Source of the DNA: Candidatus Heimdallarchaeum endolithica
GTDB lineage: Archaea > Asgardarchaeota > Heimdallarchaeia > Heimdallarchaeales > Heimdallarchaeaceae
DNA length: 64,000 bases
Assembly: GCA_021513715.1 (NCBI GenBank)
Contig: CP084167.1
Location: 1,472,001 to 1,536,000 of the forward strand
Direction: 5' to 3'
Shown: one piece after another, positions 28,076 to 36,963 of the stretch
How positions within the stretch are numbered: position 1 is the first letter of the stretch
How the letters are laid out: every line of letters begins with the position of its first letter
Program-made: the position numbers and the translations under genes
Notes under the pieces: model-generated
Databases searched by the model: none
What the model was told of the DNA's origin: nothing
Seen by the model: only the letters and a program-made list of their open reading frames with translations

Positions 28076-29497
28076 ATGTCCTCATTTTACGGTACGATTG
28101 AAGAAGAACTCCCTGAATGGTATATTTTTCGAAAACCAGAAGATTTTGAAATTGATGTTAAAAAATGGTATGAATACGCTGAAAAAAGGATAGAAAAATT
28201 CGTTAATTCTGAACAAGAATTATGGTTATTATATAGAACACCATGGATGACTGAAGAGCAGTGGAAGGAAGTATTAGAGGAAGAGATAGGAGGACATTAT
28301 CTTCTTAGGTTAGCTGTTGCTAGAAATCTACGATTAACTTCATGGTTAATAGAGGTTGAAGCAGACTTATTTGAGTTTCGTTTTGTGAATAGTATAACAT
28401 TTGAAGAGAAAATAAGTGTGTTGAAGCATTTATACGGAGAAGATAATTTTCTAACTATTCAAGAATTAAACTTTCTTCTGAAAGAAAATAACATTCTTCT
28501 AAAATTTGGTTTAGTAGAAACTGGAACAAGAAAAGTCCAATACACTTCAAAAAGAAGAACTACAAAAAAAAGAGGAGGAGATTTAGAAAGATATGTTGCT
28601 GTAAGATTCGACAAAATACCAAAAGTTGTTGGAGCTAGAAAAGCTCTTCTTTACAAAGGTTGGGCAATTGTAAAAATTGCAGATATACGGTTGTCAACTA
28701 AAAGGATTTTTGAAAATAGACTTCGAGATATAATTAAACGTTCTGAAGAGTTCTTAGACAAAGATCCTATATTAGAAAATACTATTGATCCAATAAGAGA
28801 AAAGATAGAGGAAATAGCAGCAAAATCAAGTAGAAAAACTTTTTCAGATATTGATTTTTTTGAAAATGAAGGTGTTTCCAAAAAAATTGATTGTTATCCA
28901 CCCTGCATTTACGAGTTGTTAACTAATCTTAAGTCCAAAGGTCACTTAGCGCACATGGAAAATTGGCAATTGGGAACTTTCTTAAAAAAAGTTGGTATGT
29001 CGATTAATGAACAAAAGCAGTTTTGGTATAAACATTCAATAGATAATGTTGGTCAAACCTTTGAAGAATTTGAAAAAAAAGTAGGATATCAAATTGAACA
29101 TATTTATGGTTTAGCAGGTGGAGGAGTGGATTATGAACCCCCAAAATGTCAAACATGCATTGATGGATATTTTTGCTTTTTTGCTCATGAAAGCATTGAA
29201 GAGATTTCTAAATCTATCTCTCTACGTTTTTCTAACCTTTCTGAGGATAAACTGAACAAAACAATAGATAAAATATCACAATTAGTTGTTAATGGGAGAT
29301 ATCAAGAAGCTTGTGCAGAATATTTTAAGTTACATACTGGAGGACTAATTGGAAGTAGAGTTAATCATATGTTAATGTATACTAAACGTGCTTACGAGCT
29401 TTTGTACAGAAAAGACAAGAAAAAAGAAGTGATCAAAGAGGAGAAAAAAGAAGTGATCAAAGAGGAGAAAAAAGAAGATGAAACAAGTATTAAGTAA
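28076..29497 (+). CDS. priL: DNA primase large (regulatory, Fe-S) subunit, eukaryote-like
   Basis: YPPCI...HLAH...LGTFLK...Y.I.HIYG...DYEPPKC and YQEACAEYF; directly upstream of priS. Confidence 0.9.
   Translation: MSSFYGTIEEELPEWYIFRKPEDFEIDVKKWYEYAEKRIEKFVNSEQELWLLYRTPWMTEEQWKEVLEEEIGGHYLLRLAVARNLRLTSWLIEVEADLFEFRFVNSITFEEKISVLKHLYGEDNFLTIQELNFLLKENNILLKFGLVETGTRKVQYTSKRRTTKKRGGDLERYVAVRFDKIPKVVGARKALLYKGWAIVKIADIRLSTKRIFENRLRDIIKRSEEFLDKDPILENTIDPIREKIEEIAAKSSRKTFSDIDFFENEGVSKKIDCYPPCIYELLTNLKSKGHLAHMENWQLGTFLKKVGMSINEQKQFWYKHSIDNVGQTFEEFEKKVGYQIEHIYGLAGGGVDYEPPKCQTCIDGYFCFFAHESIEEISKSISLRFSNLSEDKLNKTIDKISQLVVNGRYQEACAEYFKLHTGGLIGSRVNHMLMYTKRAYELLYRKDKKKEVIKEEKKEVIKEEKKEDETSIK
29420..29477 (+). 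repeat. 24-bp coding tandem duplication at the PriL C-terminus (KKEVIKEE x2 plus partial)
   Basis: aaaaaagaagtgatcaaagaggag at 29420 and 29444. Confidence 0.9.
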
Positions 29498-30491
29498 AAA
29501 GCATATCAGCGAATACTATGCTAACCATTTTGACATTGATTCAATTATGCCCTACATAGGTTTATCAGATTTCAAAAACAGAGAATTTGGATTCGTTGTT
29601 GAAGATAACAACAAGGAACGTTTTGTTAGGAATATTTCCTTTGATACTAGTACAATGCTAAAGGAGTACATGGTTGCTAATAATGTTAAACATGCTTATA
29701 TTGGGGCAGTATACGATAAACCCCCATCAAACAAAAACCCAATAGGAAAAATCAAATGGATAAGAAGAGAGCTTATTTTTGATTTAGATATTGATGAATA
29801 CGATGAGGTTCGAACTTGTGGATGCAAAGGAGATGAATATTGTATTGACTGCTGGTCTCTTATTCAAGATGCTGTAATATTTATAGAAAAAACGATGAGA
29901 GAAGATTTTGGTATGAAACAAATACAATGGATTTTCTCAGGTAGGAGGGGAGTACATGGCTGGATCTTAGATAGAGAAACACAATTCTATGATCAACAAG
30001 TAAGAATCGCTATACTCAACTACCTTACATTTGTTCAAGGGAAAACATCAGGTGAAAAAGTAGACAGAGTAGACGCTCTTCCCACAGAAGCTAAACCGCT
30101 AAGAAACAGAATCTACTCTTTAATTGCTAAATCTTATTTAAGCCACATTTCTCCTAAAGAACTTTATGAGATAAGTAAAGAAATAGATGCAAAGATTTCA
30201 CTCAAGAGTTTGGAGACAATAATTAAGAGGGTAAAAATGAGTAAGGAATTTGACTATAACTCCTACAATATTATAATCCCACAAAATAACAATTTTAGAG
30301 AAAAATTGTCTCAAGAAATGATTTATAGAAGATTTCCGAGAATAGATAGAAAGGTTACAATGGATACTAGAAGAGTAAGCAGAATGCCTTATTCAATACA
30401 TGGAAAAACTGGAAAGATAGCAGTAGAAATAAAGGACATATTAAAATTTGACCCTTTTAATTCTCCCAGTGTTTGGGAATATGTAAAATAA
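29478..30491 (+). CDS. priS: DNA primase small (catalytic) subunit
   Basis: NREFGF, ELIFDLDIDEY, Zn motif CGC...CIDCW, FSGRRGVHGW, PRIDRKVT and PYSIHGKTG. Confidence 0.95.
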   Translation: MKQVLSKKHISEYYANHFDIDSIMPYIGLSDFKNREFGFVVEDNNKERFVRNISFDTSTMLKEYMVANNVKHAYIGAVYDKPPSNKNPIGKIKWIRRELIFDLDIDEYDEVRTCGCKGDEYCIDCWSLIQDAVIFIEKTMREDFGMKQIQWIFSGRRGVHGWILDRETQFYDQQVRIAILNYLTFVQGKTSGEKVDRVDALPTEAKPLRNRIYSLIAKSYLSHISPKELYEISKEIDAKISLKSLETIIKRVKMSKEFDYNSYNIIIPQNNNFREKLSQEMIYRRFPRIDRKVTMDTRRVSRMPYSIHGKTGKIAVEIKDILKFDPFNSPSVWEYVK

Positions 30492-30499
30492 AAAATAGA

Positions 30500-31894
30500 T
30501 TAAACAGCCAAATAAGGATTAATTTCTTTTGCTAATCTCAAAGCTTTTTTCAGTAAAGCGACAGGATATGACCATTGGGTTCTAATCTCTCTAATTTTAG
30601 ATTGTAGCTCTTTCTTACCTAATAAGGCAAATGATGTAATTATAAAAGTCATTGACACTAGTTGGTTCAATTCACGTTGTATCCTTTTTACAGCTTCCTC
30701 ATAAGGTTTATCTTTCAATTCATCAAATAACTTCTTAAAGTAATCACTTTCTCTAATACCATGAACAATTCTATTATCTAAATCAATTAAGGTTGCAGTT
30801 TCCTCAAGGATATTTTTCTTTTCTAAAAACGTGAAAGTTTCTTTTGACATACCAACAATCTTAGGAGTAAAACGCTTTTCTTCAGAGGGTCTATATTTGT
30901 CGTCCACATATTCCATGTATGAAGTTTGAAGATGTTGTGTAAAAATGGCAAGATTGTCCATTACTATCCTTACAGAGACTCTATCTCCTGTTATATAAAT
31001 TGGCTCTCCTACGATTGCAGAATATATTGCTTTTCCTATATTATCTTTAACAAGCCTTAACAACAGATGAAATGAAACATGATCTCTGTTTACAAAAGCA
31101 AGCTTATTTCCTGGATCCTCAATATTTCTTAACTTTTCCAATATTTCAGGGATAGAAATATTTTGCCTAGATAATTCGCCAACTTTCTTTTCAAATAAGG
31201 GGAACATTCGAAAAATAGTGTAATCTAAAGCATTTGGGAAAAGCAAATATCCAATTGACAACTTATTCTCATACTTTTTTAAGACTATAAAAGGAACAGT
31301 TTTTTCTTCAGGAAAAAGCATTAGAATGCTTCGTAAGTAATTAGTTTTTAGGAATTCAGTTTTTTGGTTATATAAAACATTAACAATTTTTCTAAAAATA
31401 GGTTCAACAATTCCATCATTTTTTATAATACTCCATGGATCAGTAGAGAGATCAACGTCAAAATATTTAATGTGAGCCAATTTTATTGGGTGATCACTCA
31501 AAGTAATGAAAAGGCGTTCAATATCAAACAAACATTGCTCCACTAGAAGGTTAGCCTCTCCCTCAGTAAGTTCGCTAGGTTTCACATGTTCTAACAATTC
31601 TCCTCCCACATTTCTAATTGTAGTATATATTTCATTTCTCTTCTTGTCTGATAACTCAGTTTCGTCCATAATTTCTAAAATAAAAATGTAATCTTCTCCT
31701 ATTCTAGTGGTTAATATTGTTCTATCATGGTAGGCTATTGATTGAAGTTCTCTCTTATGAATCTCATGTGAAAAAGAGATAATTGCACTAATCAATCCTG
31801 TTGCTAGTACGTGTTTTGTTTTATCCTCAATATCAGGTTTGGTTGCAAGTAATATTCCTGCTGAATTAACAAGCGAAAGTCTAAAAGTAGGCAT
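30500..31894 (-). CDS. Longin domain + C-terminal DENN/folliculin-like domain protein
   Basis: N-terminal longin (LVNSAGILL...LATGLISAIISFSHEIHKRELQSI). C-terminal AIYSAIVGEPIYITG...DNLAIF...KIVGM...TLIDLDNRIV matches the cDENN pattern. Confidence 0.6.
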   Translation of the reverse strand: MPTFRLSLVNSAGILLATKPDIEDKTKHVLATGLISAIISFSHEIHKRELQSIAYHDRTILTTRIGEDYIFILEIMDETELSDKKRNEIYTTIRNVGGELLEHVKPSELTEGEANLLVEQCLFDIERLFITLSDHPIKLAHIKYFDVDLSTDPWSIIKNDGIVEPIFRKIVNVLYNQKTEFLKTNYLRSILMLFPEEKTVPFIVLKKYENKLSIGYLLFPNALDYTIFRMFPLFEKKVGELSRQNISIPEILEKLRNIEDPGNKLAFVNRDHVSFHLLLRLVKDNIGKAIYSAIVGEPIYITGDRVSVRIVMDNLAIFTQHLQTSYMEYVDDKYRPSEEKRFTPKIVGMSKETFTFLEKKNILEETATLIDLDNRIVHGIRESDYFKKLFDELKDKPYEEAVKRIQRELNQLVSMTFIITSFALLGKKELQSKIREIRTQWSYPVALLKKALRLAKEINPYLAV

Positions 31895-32011
31895 TCTATT
31901 TTAAAGAAAATAAAATCATTTAAGTAAATTTCCCTTACAAACTAAAGAAAATCAAATTACAAAAAAACTAAGTTTTTAAATCCTTCGTTGATTTTTCTTT
32001 CAGATTTACCA

Positions 32012-34789
32012 ATGTTATCAAAAGATGAACTTAGAAAGAGATTTTCTGAGAAAGATTATGAAGTAGAGTTGTTCAGAGAAGGGGGATTCGTTAGGAAACA
32101 GTGCCCTAAATGCGGACATTTTTATTGGACAGTGAATCCAGACCAAGAAACCTGTGGAGATACAATTTGTAATGGTGGTTACAAATTTTTAGATAAAAAA
32201 GGAAAAAATCTAAACTTTGATGAAACGATCAAGAGCCTTACTAATTTTTTTGTTAAACATGGACACACTGCAATAAAGGATTATCCTGTTGTTGCTCGCT
32301 GGAGAGCAGATATGGAATTTACTATTGCATCAATAGCAGATTTTCAACCGTGGGTTCTAAATGGTATTATTCCTCCTCCAGCTAACCCTTTAGTTGTTCC
32401 ACAGTTTTGTATTAGAACTGGAGGAGAATTCAGTGACATTGATAACATTGGTAAAACAGCTAGACATCTAACAAGTTTTGTCATGTTTGGTCAACATTCA
32501 TTTAACTCAAAAGAACTTACTGATGGATACTGGATGGATAGATGCATTGAACTTAATTTCAAGTATCTGACAGAAGAACTTGGATTAAAGAAAGAAGAGA
32601 TTTCTTACTCTGAGGGAATTTGGGCTGGAGGAGGGAATTTTGGTCCTAACTTAGAAGCTTTTGCCTATGGTTCCGAACTTGTTAATAATGTCTTTATTGC
32701 ATATGGATTTGAAAATGGTAATGTTAAAAAACTAGACATGCAAGTCATAGATGTTGGTTGGGGGTTAGAAAGAGTATCCTGGTTTTCACAAGGAACACCT
32801 ACAATTTATGAAGCAATATTTCCAAAAGCTATTGAATATTTACAAAAAGAAAATGGGTATAAAGCAGATCATGAACTATTAGTTAAATACAGCAAATTAG
32901 CTGGAATGCTTGCTGTTGATGAAGTTAAAAATCTTAAAAAAGCAAGAAGAGAAATGGCCAAAAAACTTGGACTATCATATGAGGAAATGTTGAAAAAACT
33001 TGGACCTCAAGAAGCAATGTATGCTATAGCAGATCATACAAGAACACTTTCTATTGCTATCGCAGATGGAGCTATTCCCTCAAATGTAGGAGGCGGATAC
33101 AACTTAAGGGTGCTTCTTAGAAGGATTTTATCACTTAAAGAGATTTACAATTTAGAATTTTCATTAGCTAAATTGTTTGATTTACAAATAGATCATCTTT
33201 CTGTTTCTTATCCCCGTGTAAAGGATGGCAGAAATCAAATACAAGAAATAGTAAATGTTGAAGTATCAAGATTTTATGAAACTAGAAAAACAGGAAGAAA
33301 AATTGTTAGTAATATTCTAAAAAAGAGAACAAAAATAGATTTCAATACGCTAGTTGACCTCTATCAAACCAAAGGGATAAATCCTCTAATGGTGAAAGAG
33401 ATTGCAAAAGAATACAATAAAACTGTAGATGTACCTGAAGACTTCTACATCAAACTTAATGAGTATCTCTCTGAAAAAAATGGAAGTGGAGTTAAAGAAG
33501 AGAAGAAAGAAGACGAGTACGACAAGCTTTCAATTGACAGAACTTTGTACACAGAACAAACTTATTACAAAGATGTATATGCTCACAAATTTAAAGCGAA
33601 AATATTAGAAGTAATAAACAAGAAGTATGTTATTCTTGATAAAACCTTATTCTATCCTACAGGAGGAGGACAAATACACGATACAGGAAAGCTTATTGTG
33701 GGCAAAAAGCAATATAACGTTATTGATGTCGTTAAGAAGGGGCAATCTATAATTCATAAATTAGAAAAAGAAAGCGATTTAAAGAAAGGAATCACGGTTG
33801 TAGGCGAAATAGATAGAGAACGAAGGCTTGACATTATGAGACACCATACAGCAGTACATGTAGTTAATAATGCTGCAAGAGAAGTATTAGGTTCTCATGT
33901 ATGGCAAGCAGGTGCAGATAAAACAGAGGATAAAGCTAGATTGGATATAACTCACTATAAATCTATTTCTTTTGAAGAACTTCAAAAAATAGAATACATT
34001 GCTAATAAAATTGTTCTAGAAAAAAGACCTATTAAAAAAATAGACCTAGAGAGAGATGAAGCAGAGAAAAAATATGGCTTTACTATCTATCAAGGAGGAG
34101 TTGTTCCAGGCAAAGAGTTGCATATTGTAATTATAGATGAATGGGATGTAGAAGCTTGCGGAGGAACACATTTAGATAATACAACAGACATAGGACTTAT
34201 CAAACTTGTTGGTAGTGAAAGAATACAAGATGGTGTTGTTAGATTAGAGATTGTAGCTGGGCGTAAGGCAATTAAATATATCCAAAAACAAGAAACAATT
34301 CTTAAAAAATCAGGTGAGATTTTAAGCGTAAATCCAGATATTTTGCCAAAAACAATTAAACGGTTTTTCGAAGAATGGAAAAAACAGAGGAAAACCATAG
34401 AAAATCTAAATAAGAAAATTGCTGAACTACAATTCAGTCATGAAAAAGAAGATGTTCTAAAATTTGGCGAAACAATTGCAGTGGTACAAAAAACTGATGG
34501 TAGTCAAAAAGAACTCATATTGCAAGCAAGTGAAGCAATAAAAAATAAAGAAAAAGCAGTATGCATACTATTTTCTGATTTTAAAGGTAAAGCAATTATA
34601 GTTGGGATGAAGAGCCCTAACACACAAATTGATATAGTAAGAATAGTTAAAGATATCTCAGAGATGTTAGGTGGTTCAGGAGGGGGTAAAGGAGAGCTCG
34701 CTAGAGGTGGCGGTTCAAAAATTGAAATGATCAGTAAAGCAATTGAGAAAACAAAACAACTATTAGAAAAAGAATTAGGTGAAAATTAA
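32012..34789 (+). CDS. alaS: Alanyl-tRNA synthetase, archaeal type
   Basis: N-terminal CPKC zinc site; YPVVARWR; FTIASI; DVGWGLER; ADHTR; editing motifs HHTAVH and CGGTH; C-terminal GGGKG. The ATG at 32012 is more likely than the TTG at 31988. Confidence 0.97.
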   Translation: MLSKDELRKRFSEKDYEVELFREGGFVRKQCPKCGHFYWTVNPDQETCGDTICNGGYKFLDKKGKNLNFDETIKSLTNFFVKHGHTAIKDYPVVARWRADMEFTIASIADFQPWVLNGIIPPPANPLVVPQFCIRTGGEFSDIDNIGKTARHLTSFVMFGQHSFNSKELTDGYWMDRCIELNFKYLTEELGLKKEEISYSEGIWAGGGNFGPNLEAFAYGSELVNNVFIAYGFENGNVKKLDMQVIDVGWGLERVSWFSQGTPTIYEAIFPKAIEYLQKENGYKADHELLVKYSKLAGMLAVDEVKNLKKARREMAKKLGLSYEEMLKKLGPQEAMYAIADHTRTLSIAIADGAIPSNVGGGYNLRVLLRRILSLKEIYNLEFSLAKLFDLQIDHLSVSYPRVKDGRNQIQEIVNVEVSRFYETRKTGRKIVSNILKKRTKIDFNTLVDLYQTKGINPLMVKEIAKEYNKTVDVPEDFYIKLNEYLSEKNGSGVKEEKKEDEYDKLSIDRTLYTEQTYYKDVYAHKFKAKILEVINKKYVILDKTLFYPTGGGQIHDTGKLIVGKKQYNVIDVVKKGQSIIHKLEKESDLKKGITVVGEIDRERRLDIMRHHTAVHVVNNAAREVLGSHVWQAGADKTEDKARLDITHYKSISFEELQKIEYIANKIVLEKRPIKKIDLERDEAEKKYGFTIYQGGVVPGKELHIVIIDEWDVEACGGTHLDNTTDIGLIKLVGSERIQDGVVRLEIVAGRKAIKYIQKQETILKKSGEILSVNPDILPKTIKRFFEEWKKQRKTIENLNKKIAELQFSHEKEDVLKFGETIAVVQKTDGSQKELILQASEAIKNKEKAVCILFSDFKGKAIIVGMKSPNTQIDIVRIVKDISEMLGGSGGGKGELARGGGSKIEMISKAIEKTKQLLEKELGEN

Positions 34790-34810
34790 CAAACAAAAAC
34801 AAATGAAGAA

Positions 34811-35179
34811 TTACTCTCCTGCCTTTCTTTCTTTTTGGTTAGCTGGTCCTAAATTTCTTATATGAATTGGTATCGTTGAAGGAATAATCATTACTGTATC
34901 TTCACTAACCATTCTAACAGTAGAGAATGATTCTGAAGCACAGAGTTTTAGAGCAGTTAAAAATCTTTTTCGACGATCTGGATAAGGATTTATTTTTCCT
35001 ATATTTAGAAAAACTAAATTTCCTGTTTTTACTTCTTCAACTATTGGTTCAGCATTAACTACATCGGAAAGACGATAAAATTTTACTTGAGGCTGGATTA
35101 TCTTAGGTTCATCTTTTATTTCTACACTTTCCTCTTCCTTACTCTGAGCAAAAAATTTTCCTATTCTCAAGATTAGCAC
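34811..35179 (-). CDS. sepF: Archaeal SepF-family cell division protein
   Basis: Short N-terminal amphipathic segment, a linker, then VKFYRLSDVVNAEPIVEEVKTGNLVFLNI...VRMVSEDTVMIIP. The true start may be the TTG at 35170. Confidence 0.75.
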   Translation of the reverse strand: MLILRIGKFFAQSKEEESVEIKDEPKIIQPQVKFYRLSDVVNAEPIVEEVKTGNLVFLNIGKINPYPDRRKRFLTALKLCASESFSTVRMVSEDTVMIIPSTIPIHIRNLGPANQKERKAGE

Positions 35180-35322
35180 CAGTATATTTTTTTCTCATTT
35201 TCTCTTAAATTTAGATTAATATCTCGACAACATGTGGGTATTACGAGAAAAATTTCCTTTCTTAAAAACAAAGAAGTAAAAATTTGTAAAAATTAAAAAA
35301 ACAATGATTAAATGGAAAAAAA

Positions 35323-36333
35323 TTATCTTTTCCAAGGATCTTTAAGATATACTGGTGCTGATGCAGCTCCTCTTTTTACAATCACGTTTGCTAATTCTAA
35401 AGCATCAACAATTTCTCTAAAGCGGTTTCTTAATGTAACAGGAGTTGTTTTAGCTGCTTTAGAAACCTGTTGTTGAGTTCTTCTTTCTCCAGTTCTTATT
35501 CCAGCTATATAAATAGAAGCTGCTGCAATACTTGAAGGATTCTTACCAACGTCTAGCCGTAAATGTTTTGTTTCTTCTAGTATTTTAATTGCTTCATTTT
35601 GTGTTCTCATTGTTAACTCAAGTTCATCACATATCTTTGAAATAAGCACTACTGGATTCACTGGAGTTGGTCTAATTTGAAGTTCTTGCACAAAAAGTCT
35701 AAAGCATCTAGCTATCACTTTTCTGTCAGCATTAATATGATTCTCAATATCCTTTAAGGTTACAGGAATATTTGCTTGCCTTGCTGCGAGATATATTGCT
35801 GCAGCAACCATTGATTCTATGCTTCTGCCCCTAATCAAATCTTCTTTTAGGGCTTTTCGATAGAATGTAGCTGCAATTTCTGCGATTTCATCACTTAACT
35901 CAAGTTGAGAACAAATCCTTTTTAGTTCCCTTAACGCTATTCTCAAGTTTCGAATATGAGATCTAGATTCTCTTCTGTTTAATCTTCTTAATCTTCTCAT
36001 TTTCGATAAGATATTAGGATTCAGTTTATTTCCGTATATATCCTTATCTCCATAACTAATGCTAGAAGATACTCCGAAATCTGTTTTTAATGCAGATATA
36101 GGTGAACCCACTCTACTTCGAGAGGTTTTTTCATCCTCTGAGAAAGCTCTCCACTCTGGAGAACGGTCAATTATTTTTGACATAACTAATCCACAATTTC
36201 TACAGATCATCTCTCCACGAGTATAATCGTATTTTACATCTTTTGAACTACAATTTGGACAAACATCATTAGTATGGTTCAATGTTTTACCACTAAGGTA
36301 GTTGTTCTCACCTACATATATAAACGTTTCCAA
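35323..36333 (-). CDS. tfb: Transcription initiation factor IIB
   Basis: Zn ribbon CPNC...GEMICRNCGLV, PEWRAF, RSRVG and cyclin repeats (LIRGRSIE, GKNPSSIAAASIY, VTLRNRFRE). Confidence 0.97.
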   Translation of the reverse strand: METFIYVGENNYLSGKTLNHTNDVCPNCSSKDVKYDYTRGEMICRNCGLVMSKIIDRSPEWRAFSEDEKTSRSRVGSPISALKTDFGVSSSISYGDKDIYGNKLNPNILSKMRRLRRLNRRESRSHIRNLRIALRELKRICSQLELSDEIAEIAATFYRKALKEDLIRGRSIESMVAAAIYLAARQANIPVTLKDIENHINADRKVIARCFRLFVQELQIRPTPVNPVVLISKICDELELTMRTQNEAIKILEETKHLRLDVGKNPSSIAAASIYIAGIRTGERRTQQQVSKAAKTTPVTLRNRFREIVDALELANVIVKRGAASAPVYLKDPWKR

Positions 36334-36449
36334 ATAAAGTTGGCGAAACGCTCTTATTTTAAAGAATTTGCATACATACTAAAAAACCGTATCAATATAT
36401 TTAGAAAAACAGAAATAATAAAAAAAATAGTTAAAAGAATAGAAAAAAG

Positions 36450-36779
36450 TTAATTTTCTTCATTTATTGCTTCTTCAATAAATTTGAGCAACTTTTTTCT
36501 TGTAGCTCCAACAAATGAATTATGAGGTTTACCGTCTTTGAAAACAATAAACGTAGGAACACCCGTGATCATATACCGTTGGGCGATTTCAGACTCTTCT
36601 TCAATATTTATACTCAAGAAACGCAATTTATCTCCGAATTGTTCACTTAAAGTTTCAAAGTAGGGAGAAATAGATTTACAAGGTCCACAAGTAGGAGTCC
36701 AGGTATCTACTATTATTTTTTTCTTCTCAGAGGACAAGATTTTATCAAATTCTTCTTTTGTCACATGTTCTACAACCAT
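36450..36779 (-). CDS. trxA: Thioredoxin
   Basis: VDTWTPTCGPCK and cis-Pro GVPTF; 109 aa. Confidence 0.9.
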   Translation of the reverse strand: MVVEHVTKEEFDKILSSEKKKIIVDTWTPTCGPCKSISPYFETLSEQFGDKLRFLSINIEEESEIAQRYMITGVPTFIVFKDGKPHNSFVGATRKKLLKFIEEAINEEN

Positions 36780-36963
36780 AATGATACAACCTTTAGAGTT
36801 TTTAATTCTATTTTAGCAGAATAATTTTAATTATTTTCCTTAAGTCACAAAAAACAATATTCTATTCTTCAGAATCAAAATATTTGTTTAAGGAAGATTT
36901 AAGTATTAAATTAACAACCGAAAGATAAAGTAAAGAACTATTACTTCACAAAGGAGGAAGAAT

